The translations under genes and the position numbers were made by a program. From Candidatus Altarchaeum sp. (GTDB lineage: Archaea > Altiarchaeota > Altiarchaeia > Altiarchaeales > Altiarchaeaceae): a stretch of 12,879 nucleotides of DNA. The notes under the pieces were generated by a model, which worked only from the letters and a program-made list of their open reading frames with translations, had not been told where the DNA came from and ran no database searches. Shown in pieces: positions 6,261 through 12,879 of this stretch (within the stretch, counting starts at the first letter, position 1; every line of letters begins with the position of its first letter). The stretch covers positions 1 through 12,879 of the forward strand of contig JAGWDQ010000023.1 of the NCBI GenBank assembly GCA_018260615.1, in the 5' to 3' direction.

Positions 6261-7165
6261 ATTTTCAGAAAATTCAACTTCGGAACATCAGAAATTATCC
6301 CATACCTTTTCGCATACTCATAAAAATTTAACAATGCATCTGTCTCTTCTTTTCCAAAATTATAAGATAAAGACGAAATGTGAAATTTGACACTTTCCCT
6401 TTTTAAATTTCCTTTTACCTCGTCCATAACATTCTCAAAATTTTTGTATGCATAATTGAGCGAAGTCGTGAGCAATTCAGAAAACCATTTTATTTCTTTG
6501 TACTTTTCTTCTGCACTTTTCTTATTTATAAGCCATAACGCATAAACCATACCTTTTTCAGGCGAGGTTATTTTATTCCACTCCTCCCCCAAGTCAATCA
6601 CATTTAAATTTTTAAATTTTTCCCCTGCTGCAATTCCATCATCGCCGATAAATAAAGCCGCATCGCAATTTTCAAAATCGCAAGATTTTGAAAATATCCG
6701 AACATCAGTGAGGTTATTTTCAAAATCGCAAGATTTTGAAAATATCCGAACATCAGTGAGGTTATCATCAAATGTCCCGGACGAATTGGAAATTTTAAAT
6801 TTTGCATCAATCCCTTTGACTTTGAGAATTATTTTCAGCATTGCAACCGAAGTAGCGGAATTTGATGGCAGACAAACGGACGAAATTTCTTCCGGATGTT
6901 TCTTTGTGATTAGAATTATGCTCCCGGTTTTTCCTTTTGCACTTATTGAAAAATTTGGCAGTATGAGAAAATTTTCAGGATGTCTGGCATAGATAATTGA
7001 AGATACCGGTGCAATGTCGAGCTCCTCGTTCAAAACCATCTCTCCGAGTTGCGGCGGAAATGCGGAGTAAAATTTAAGGCGGGCTTTAAAATTTCCAAAA
7101 TTTTTTTCAATGTAATGATATGGAAATACAATATTTCTAAAAGGTGTGCTTCCTATTTTTAACAT
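6257..7165 (-). CDS. mqnA: Chorismate dehydratase MqnA (futalosine pathway) with an internal repeat insertion
   Basis: Motifs LKIG...N, PPQLGEMV...ELDIAPVSS, SISAKGKTGSIIL, SATSVAMLKIIL, DAALFIGDD, DLGEEW, MVYALW are typical of MqnA/COG1427. Confidence 0.88.
   Translation of the reverse strand: MLKIGSTPFRNIVFPYHYIEKNFGNFKARLKFYSAFPPQLGEMVLNEELDIAPVSSIIYARHPENFLILPNFSISAKGKTGSIILITKKHPEEISSVCLPSNSATSVAMLKIILKVKGIDAKFKISNSSGTFDDNLTDVRIFSKSCDFENNLTDVRIFSKSCDFENCDAALFIGDDGIAAGEKFKNLNVIDLGEEWNKITSPEKGMVYALWLINKKSAEEKYKEIKWFSELLTTSLNYAYKNFENVMDEVKGNLKRESVKFHISSLSYNFGKEETDALLNFYEYAKRYGIISDVPKLNFLKI
6668..6765. repeat. Perfect in-frame 48-bp tandem duplication, each unit carrying an 11-bp-stem palindrome
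   Basis: Unit period is 48 (CAAAATCGCA at 6673 and 6721), encoding NLTDVRIFSKSCDFEN x2. Each unit contains TTTTCAAAATC-GCAA-GATTTTGAAAA. Confidence 0.95.
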
Positions 7166-7238
7166 TTTAATGAAATGAGTGTAAGTTAGCGTATTAATAA
7201 TTATCTTTCGTTAGTGAAATTCAACATTCTGATTTTAT

Positions 7239-7292
7239 ATTTAAAAAAATTTAATATATAATAAATTTAATTATTAAAAAAATTTAATTATT
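7239..7292 (+). promoter_or_regulatory. Putative promoter/operator upstream of the ABC-2 operon
   Basis: 7239-7280 matches 9138-9179 at 38/42. Contains an A-run followed by TTTAATATA (BRE/TATA-like) and two copies of AAATTTAATTATT (7263, 7280). Confidence 0.5.
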
Positions 7293-7334
7293 CAATAAAA
7301 CTAATTATAATTATTAAAAAAAAAATTTAACAAA

Positions 7335-8321
7335 ATGTCAGAAATAAAAGTTGAAAATTTAACCAAAAAGTTTAACGGATTAGTTGCAGTAGATAATATT
7401 TCATTTAGCATAGAAGAAGGTGAAATTTTCGGATTGCTCGGACCAAACGGAGCCGGCAAAACGACAACAATATCCATGCTTTCAACAATATTGGAGCCCA
7501 CAGCGGGAACTGCCTTTGTAAGCGGATTTGATATAATTCACGAGCAAAGTGAAGTGAGAAAATCAATTGGTATTGTTTTTCAGGACCCAAGCTTGGATGA
7601 AGAACTGACCGCTTATGAAAACATGGATCTTCATGCCCGGCTTTATCGTATTCCGAAAGATGTAAGGCAAAGAAAAATTATTGAACTTTTGAAACTTGTT
7701 GAACTGGAAGAAAGAAAAAACGATTTGGTAAAAACATTCTCGGGAGGAATGAGAAGGCGATTGGAAATTGCGAGGGGCTTGCTGCATGAACCAAAAGTTC
7801 TTTTTCTTGATGAGCCGACTCTCGGACTGGATCCGCAAACAAGAAACCATCTGTGGGGATATATTCAAAAATTAAACAGGGAGAAAAATATCACGGTAAT
7901 TCTCACAACTCATTACATGGAAGAGGCGGATAAACTTTGTAATAATGTTGCAATAATAGATAAAGGAAAGATTGTTACTTTGGATACTCCTAAAAATCTG
8001 AAAGATGCGATAGGAGGAGATGTCATTACGATTGAATCGTCTGATTGCGACAAGATTGAGTCAAAACTTAAATCGCTTCAATGGATTAAAAATGTCCAGT
8101 CGGACAATAACTTTGTTGCTATCAATCTGCAAAATGCCGAGGAACACATTGCAGAAATTGTTAATATCTCAAATAGTTGCGGATATTCTATTCACTCTCT
8201 TTCAATTCATAAACCCACTCTGGAAGATGTGTTTTTGTATTTTACCGGTAGAACCATCAGAGAAGAAGAGGCGAGTACAAAAGACCATGCGCGTATGATG
8301 GTGAAAATGAGGAGAAAATAA
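7335..8321 (+). CDS. ABC-2 exporter ATP-binding subunit (DrrA-like)
   Basis: Walker A GPNGAGKTT, signature FSGGMRRR, Walker B LFLDEP, H-loop LTTHYM, and C-terminal PTLEDVFLYFTG. Confidence 0.95.
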   Translation: MSEIKVENLTKKFNGLVAVDNISFSIEEGEIFGLLGPNGAGKTTTISMLSTILEPTAGTAFVSGFDIIHEQSEVRKSIGIVFQDPSLDEELTAYENMDLHARLYRIPKDVRQRKIIELLKLVELEERKNDLVKTFSGGMRRRLEIARGLLHEPKVLFLDEPTLGLDPQTRNHLWGYIQKLNREKNITVILTTHYMEEADKLCNNVAIIDKGKIVTLDTPKNLKDAIGGDVITIESSDCDKIESKLKSLQWIKNVQSDNNFVAINLQNAEEHIAEIVNISNSCGYSIHSLSIHKPTLEDVFLYFTGRTIREEEASTKDHARMMVKMRRK

Positions 8322-8380
8322 AACAAAAAAATAAAACAAAAAACAACATAAAAATAATACTATAAAAATAATACTATAAA
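8315..8380. repeat. Two adjacent short tandem duplications (13 bp x2; 14 bp x2.4)
   Basis: AAAATAAAACAAA x2 (8315-8340) and ATAAAAATAATACT x2 plus ATAAA (8348-8380). Confidence 0.7.
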
Positions 8381-8382
8381 GA

Positions 8383-9129
8383 ATGGATATCATTTATACT
8401 ATGTGGTTAAGGAACATAAAGCGATACCTTCGCTCTAAAAGCAGGATAATCGGCAGTTTGGGAATGCCTTTATTCTTTTTATTGATACTTGGTTTTGGTC
8501 TTAATTCGGTAGTAAACATTTCCGGTGGAAATAGCTATGTGGTCTTTATCATTCCGGGAATAATTGCTATGAGTGTTTTATTTACCTCAATATTTTCAGG
8601 CATTCAGATAATCTGGGATAAACAGTTTGGATTTCTTAAAGAAACATTGGTTGCTCCTGTTTCAAGAATGGAAATAATGCTGGGACAGACAATAGGCGGC
8701 GCTACGACAGGATTTATTCAGGGAATCCTTATTTTGATATTATCTTTGTTTATAGGTCTGAATACTACGAACATATATGGATTTTTGATTGCGTTCGTAT
8801 TTATGCTGCTTATTGGTCTTTGTTTTACCGCTCTTGGCATAGCGATTGCAACCAAAATGGAAGATATGCAGGGATTTCAGCTGATTATGAATTTTCTGGT
8901 TTTTCCTGTTTTTGGGCTTTCAGGAGCAATATTTCCTATTGCGACATTGCCTTCGTGGTTACAGTTAATTACAATGATTGACCCTTTGACTTATGGCGTT
9001 GAAGGAATAAGATATGGTTTATCAGGAACATCTTTTATAAATCCTCTTCTAAGTTTTGTGGTTTTAGGCGGATTCACCATAATTATTGTAATGATTGGTT
9101 CCCATTTATTCAAAAAAATAAAAATATAA
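8383..9129 (+). CDS. ABC-2 type permease (DrrB-like)
   Basis: About six hydrophobic segments; FIIPGIIAMSVLF, DKQFGFLKETLVAPVSR, LSGAIFP, DPLTYGVEGIR. Directly follows the ATPase gene. Confidence 0.95.
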   Translation: MDIIYTMWLRNIKRYLRSKSRIIGSLGMPLFFLLILGFGLNSVVNISGGNSYVVFIIPGIIAMSVLFTSIFSGIQIIWDKQFGFLKETLVAPVSRMEIMLGQTIGGATTGFIQGILILILSLFIGLNTTNIYGFLIAFVFMLLIGLCFTALGIAIATKMEDMQGFQLIMNFLVFPVFGLSGAIFPIATLPSWLQLITMIDPLTYGVEGIRYGLSGTSFINPLLSFVVLGGFTIIIVMIGSHLFKKIKI

Positions 9130-9179
9130 ATTTAATTATTTAAAAAATTTTAATATACAATAAATTTAATTATAAAAAA
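9128..9179 (+). promoter_or_regulatory. Putative promoter/operator upstream of the COG1361-ABC operon
   Basis: Near-copy of 7239-7280 with TTTAATATA. AAATTTAATTAT occurs at 9128 and 9162. Confidence 0.5.
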
Positions 9180-9209
9180 TAAATCAAAAATAAAATCAAA
9201 ATCATTAAA

Positions 9210-10760
9210 ATGGAAAATCAGCACAACAAAAAGGAAAATAACAAAACAAAAAACGGCAAAATAAACCCGGCAAAATTAATTTCAGGAATTGGTCTCATTG
9301 GAATTTTTGTCCTGATGTTTTGTATTTTAATTGTAAACGCAAATGTGCAGGCAATAGATGTGCAAGCAGCGCAAAGTCAGGTAACTTCAGCAAGTCCGTC
9401 CCAGATTTCAATTGACTTCAAAACAGTTCAAATTTCAAAAATTTATCCGGATTCAGTCGGAACAATAAGTTTCATCATTGCCAATGTTGGCGGATTGCCG
9501 GCAGAAGAAATTGAAATTTCAATCCCTTCATCCCAGAATTTTCACATCGGAGACACGATAAAAATCGGAACTTTGAATCCGGGAACCCAGCAAGGTCTTC
9601 AGACAACGATAAAGGCAGGCAACATTATGCCCGGAACTTACACAATTACAGTAATGACAAAATACAAAAAGCAAAAGCAGACAAGTGATGGAATTGACCG
9701 TATGAGTGTAGATGAAAATTTTTACATCCCAATAAATGTTTATGCACCCCCAACGACAGAGTTAACAGTTAAAAATAAGGACTTATTCCTAAACAAAGAG
9801 CAGGAATTAAATTTAGAAATAACTCCAAAGACAAATTTAGGAGATACAAGCGTTGAACTGATTTCCGATTGTTTGCAGGTTGTCGGAAATTCAAAAATTT
9901 ATGTAGGAAATTTAAATGCAAACGAAGGCAAAAAGCTGATGTTCGCAGTAATTCCTGTAAAGAAGGAATGCAACGCAAAGCTAAATCTGATTTATAAAGC
10001 TGGGGACTATGAAACGGAAACATTAAATTTCGGATTAAAGGTCAGCGAGATTTTTGTTGATTTTTTGACGGAAACCGAAAGAAAAGAAATTTCTCCCGGA
10101 GATGGTCTGAATTTAACCATTACTGCAAAAAATTTGGGAAATACAAAATTAAACAATGTCAAATTTTCCCTGAATCTTCCCGAGCAGTTCGTTGTTACTA
10201 ATGAGGTATTTTTTGAGGAAATTTTGCCGAATGAAGAAAAGACATTAAATTTTCAGATTTATGTCAGGAGCGATGCGGAAACAAAGCCGTATAAAGGAAA
10301 TTTGACGGTCGTTTATGAAATTTCAGGAAACAAATATGGTATAAGCAAAGATGTCGGAATTGTCGTTGAGGGAAAAATTTTGCTAGTTATCACAAATTAT
10401 GAGATTAAAGAGGACAAAGTTAATGTTGAAATTGCAAATTTAGGAACGAGAACAGCCGACGCAATAATTCTAAAACTTGGAAACGGTTATTGTTATATTG
10501 ATAAGATTGACGGCACCAAGAAAAGAACTGCTGTTTTTCAGTTAAAAGATGTTAAAAGTGCGGATAAACTGACAATTGAATACACTGGCAATAATAACGA
10601 AAGGGTTAAATTTGATAAGGAAATTTCGCTGAATGTCGATGTCAATGCAGGAAGCAAAGGAAATAATGATAATCTTTTAGGAATTTTGGTTCTTGCGGTT
10701 GTGGTTGTCGGAATAATCGGGTTTTATTTTTACAGAAAAAAGAAGAATAAAAAGGAATAA
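9210..10760 (+). CDS. COG1361-type S-layer-domain / CARDB-like (Ig-fold) membrane-anchored protein
   Basis: N-terminal hydrophobic segment; repeated beta-sandwich-type motifs (FIIANVGGLPAEEI, ITAKNLGNTKLNNV, VEIANLGTRTADAI); C-terminal TM helix plus basic tail RKKKNKKE. It sits in the usual archaeal context upstream of a MacB-type permease and ATPase. Confidence 0.75.
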   Translation: MENQHNKKENNKTKNGKINPAKLISGIGLIGIFVLMFCILIVNANVQAIDVQAAQSQVTSASPSQISIDFKTVQISKIYPDSVGTISFIIANVGGLPAEEIEISIPSSQNFHIGDTIKIGTLNPGTQQGLQTTIKAGNIMPGTYTITVMTKYKKQKQTSDGIDRMSVDENFYIPINVYAPPTTELTVKNKDLFLNKEQELNLEITPKTNLGDTSVELISDCLQVVGNSKIYVGNLNANEGKKLMFAVIPVKKECNAKLNLIYKAGDYETETLNFGLKVSEIFVDFLTETERKEISPGDGLNLTITAKNLGNTKLNNVKFSLNLPEQFVVTNEVFFEEILPNEEKTLNFQIYVRSDAETKPYKGNLTVVYEISGNKYGISKDVGIVVEGKILLVITNYEIKEDKVNVEIANLGTRTADAIILKLGNGYCYIDKIDGTKKRTAVFQLKDVKSADKLTIEYTGNNNERVKFDKEISLNVDVNAGSKGNNDNLLGILVLAVVVVGIIGFYFYRKKKNKKE

Positions 10761-10786
10761 AAATAAATTTAAGCACAAAAATAAAG

Positions 10787-11893
10787 ATGATTGACTTTGC
10801 CTTAAAAAATTTATTCAGGAACAAAACCAGAAATGCGTTAACGATTCTGGGAATCGCCATTGGTGTTGCTTTGCTTTTATCCTTGGTAAGTATCAGCGAG
10901 GGAATAAACAAAATGATTTCAAACTTCGGAGAAGGAATGGTTGGAACAATAAGCGTGTTTCCGGAAGGAAAAAGTATGTTTACTTCCGAAGGAGGGCAGT
11001 TATCAAAGGACTTTGCCGATGAGCTGGAAAATTTTGAGGGTGTTGATTATGTTATTCCTTATTACGGGACTCTTTTAAGCAGTGGAAGTATGGGTGGTGC
11101 TTATGCCATGGGCGTTCCTGTGGATAAAGTAAGCGAGGTTGTCGGCGAAGAAATTAAAATTAAAGACGGAAGGATGATTGATGAAGGTGATAAAGGCGAA
11201 AGAGTTGCGATAATTGGCTCAACATATCCGAATTACAAAAATACAAATGTAGGAGATGCAATAAGCATTCATGGCAGGGCTTTTGAAATTATCGGAAAGT
11301 TAGAAGAAGGAAGCGCGAGTGCAGCAGATGTTATATTTCCGATAGAGGCAATACAGGAGATAGACAAAACAGATAAACTAACCGGAATAATAGTCAGAGT
11401 TAATGATGTGGAAAGAACTGAAGAGATTGCCGATGACATAAAATCAACGCTTGGAGTTGAGGCGGAAACATCAAAGGATTTGGTGAGGAAATTTAGCGAT
11501 ATGACTTCTCAAATTGGTCTTATGACTTATGTTATAGGGGGAATTTCTGCGTTAATCGGCGGAATTGGAATTGCCAATACGATGCTTATGAGCGTTTCGG
11601 AAAGAAGGAGAGAAATAGGAATAATGAAAGCAATAGGGGCAACAAAAGGCATGATATTAAAACAATTCTTACAGGAAGCGGTTATGCTCGGATTAGTCGG
11701 CGGAATAACAGGAATAGCACTGTCATTTTTGGGAATTTATATCCTGTCTTTAATGATACCGTTTGCTGCAATGACATTAAATTTAATATTCGTAGGACTT
11801 TTGTTTTCGGTCGGATTAAGCACGATATTTTCTGTCTATCCTGCCTGGACAGCGGCAAAAGTTGATGCGATTATCGCTTTAAAATACGAATAA
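10787..11893 (+). CDS. MacB/FtsX-family ABC permease
   Basis: ALKNLFRNKTRNALTILGIAIGV; extracytoplasmic domain with GRMIDEGD; IGIANTMLMSVSERRREIGIMKAIGA; YPAWTAAKVDAIIALKYE. Confidence 0.95.
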   Translation: MIDFALKNLFRNKTRNALTILGIAIGVALLLSLVSISEGINKMISNFGEGMVGTISVFPEGKSMFTSEGGQLSKDFADELENFEGVDYVIPYYGTLLSSGSMGGAYAMGVPVDKVSEVVGEEIKIKDGRMIDEGDKGERVAIIGSTYPNYKNTNVGDAISIHGRAFEIIGKLEEGSASAADVIFPIEAIQEIDKTDKLTGIIVRVNDVERTEEIADDIKSTLGVEAETSKDLVRKFSDMTSQIGLMTYVIGGISALIGGIGIANTMLMSVSERRREIGIMKAIGATKGMILKQFLQEAVMLGLVGGITGIALSFLGIYILSLMIPFAAMTLNLIFVGLLFSVGLSTIFSVYPAWTAAKVDAIIALKYE

Positions 11894-11894
11894 A

Positions 11895-12569
11895 ATGCTT
11901 GCCATAAAAACAGAAAATTTACAAAAAATTTTTAACAAAGGAAAGAAGAATCAATTTTCAGCAATAAAGGGAATAAATTTAAGCATAGATGAGGGTGAAT
12001 TTATCAGTATTACCGGGGCAAGCGGATGCGGGAAATCAACATTGCTTGATTTAATTTCTACAATTGACTCTCCGACAGATGGAAAAATTTACATTTACGA
12101 TAAGGAAATTTCAAAGATGGGTGACGATGAAAAAGCAATACTAAGGAGAAAAATTTTCGGATTTGTTTTTCAGCAGTTCAATCTGATAAATTCCCTGACT
12201 GTTCTGGAAAATATTACTCTGCCGATGAGATTTGAAAATATAAACAGCAGGAAAGCAGAAGAAAGGGCAAAATTTTTAATTAAACAGGTTGGATTAGAAG
12301 GAAAGGAAAACAATAAAATCAGCGAGATTTCGGGGGGACAGATGCAGAGAGTAGCAATAGCAAGAGCTTTGGCAAATAATCCGAAAATCATACTTGCAGA
12401 TGAACCAACTGGAAATCTGGACTCAAAGAGCGGAATGCAGATTATGGAAATTTTAAAGGACTTGAACAAACAGGGAATAACTCTGATTATAGTTACTCAT
12501 GATTTGAATATTGCTAATACAGCGGGAAGAATAATAAAAATCAGGGACGGAGAGATTGTTGAGAGTTAA
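11895..12569 (+). CDS. MacB/LolD-type ABC ATP-binding subunit
   Basis: GASGCGKST, FGFVFQQFNLI, ISGGQMQRVAIARAL, ILADEPTGNLD, IVTHD. Confidence 0.95.
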   Translation: MLAIKTENLQKIFNKGKKNQFSAIKGINLSIDEGEFISITGASGCGKSTLLDLISTIDSPTDGKIYIYDKEISKMGDDEKAILRRKIFGFVFQQFNLINSLTVLENITLPMRFENINSRKAEERAKFLIKQVGLEGKENNKISEISGGQMQRVAIARALANNPKIILADEPTGNLDSKSGMQIMEILKDLNKQGITLIIVTHDLNIANTAGRIIKIRDGEIVES

Positions 12570-12580
12570 ACAAAATATTC

Positions 12581-12604
12581 ACACAAAGACACAAAGCCAC
12601 AGAG
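12581..12604. repeat. 8-bp tandem repeat ACACAAAG x2 + CCACAGAG, with an inverted partner at 12870-12878
   Basis: GACACAAAG (12588-12596) is the exact reverse complement of CTTTGTGTC (12870-12878). The right side is cut by the window edge. Confidence 0.6.
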
Positions 12605-12606
12605 TA

Positions 12607-12858
12607 TTTTAAAATCAAGAGATTTTAAAAAAATTGAAAATCTCATTTAAAAATGCTTAAAGCATTTTAAATACGAAGTATTTAAAATCTCCGAGCACAA
12701 GCGAGGTGATTTTTAAAGATTGAAAATCTTGCAGATTTTCAGTACAGTTTTCAGTATTTAAAAATCTCACAGATTTTTTTAGATTGAAAACTTGTAGTTT
12801 TCAGTATTTAAAAATCTCACAGATTTTTTAAAGATTGAAAATTCTCAAAGAATTTTCA
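12607..12858. repeat. Array of nine short hairpins (REP/BIME-like)
   Basis: Hairpins at 12607-12630, 12650-12668, 12664-12688, 12684-12711, 12721-12741, 12760-12778, 12785-12803, 12810-12828 and 12836-12858. Eight have perfect 8-11 bp stems with 3-4 nt loops; 12684-12711 is imperfect. Confidence 0.9.
12746..12841. repeat. Near-perfect tandem duplication (period 50 bp) within the hairpin array
   Basis: AGTTTTCAGTATTTAAAAATCTCACAGATTTTTT..GATTGAAAA at 12746-12790 and 12796-12841. Confidence 0.9.
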
Positions 12859-12879
12859 GTATATTTCTCCTTTGTGTCC

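Noticed and set aside
6604-6992. Alternative ORFs 6604-6810 (-) and 6708-6992 (+) containing the repeat
   Set aside because: They lie wholly inside mqnA in other frames, have no recognisable motifs, and are open partly because of the duplicated unit.
10660-10760. PGF-CTERM/archaeosortase signal on the COG1361 protein
   Set aside because: A TM helix and basic tail are present but no PGF-like motif precedes them.
7301-12469. Short ORFs overlapping the ABC operons (7301-7501, 7405-7590, 7563-7868, 8020-8298, 8202-8393, 9769-10023, 10642-10911, 12170-12469)
   Set aside because: Antisense or out-of-frame shadows of clear transporter genes.
12721-12858. CRISPR array
   Set aside because: The variable parts are only 7-11 nt and self-complementary, the units are not repeat plus 30-40 nt unique spacer, and no cas genes are in the window.
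12607-12858. Integron attC sites
   Set aside because: No RYYYAAC...GTTRRRY boxes were found, no ORF cassettes lie between hairpins, and no integrase is present.
12570-12879. tRNA, or a single intrinsic terminator explaining the region
   Set aside because: There is no cloverleaf or conserved T-loop/D-loop motif. A terminator role for one hairpin cannot be excluded but would not explain nine modular hairpins or the copies elsewhere.

Overview
AT-rich window with an archaeal look: TATA-like promoters, a COG1361 S-layer-domain gene and a sequon-rich surface protein. The style is reminiscent of Ca. Altiarchaeum, but that is an unverified inference. The left half (1-7165, all minus strand) holds two futalosine-pathway menaquinone genes, mqnA and a UbiD-family decarboxylase (mqnL type), interleaved with accessory DNA: two AlbA_2(Schlafen-like)/HATPase_c_4 genes (one truncated at a probable IS end), a truncated Zn-ribbon transposase, a 103-bp MITE and an orphan 592-aa surface protein. 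The right half (7335-12569, plus strand) holds a DrrAB-like ABC-2 exporter and a COG1361 + MacB/FtsX permease + ATPase trio, followed by a dense array of short hairpins. Three signals stand out. (1) A diverged but still coding-like copy of the last 15 UbiD codons sits 1838 bp downstream of the gene end, so the orphan surface gene lies between direct repeats like an integrase-less cassette. (2) A family of REP-like hairpins with covarying stems forms an intergenic array. (3) A hairpin of similar sequence sits in frame, in two tandem copies, inside mqnA. No rRNA, tRNA or CRISPR array was recognised. All alignments and counts were done by hand.
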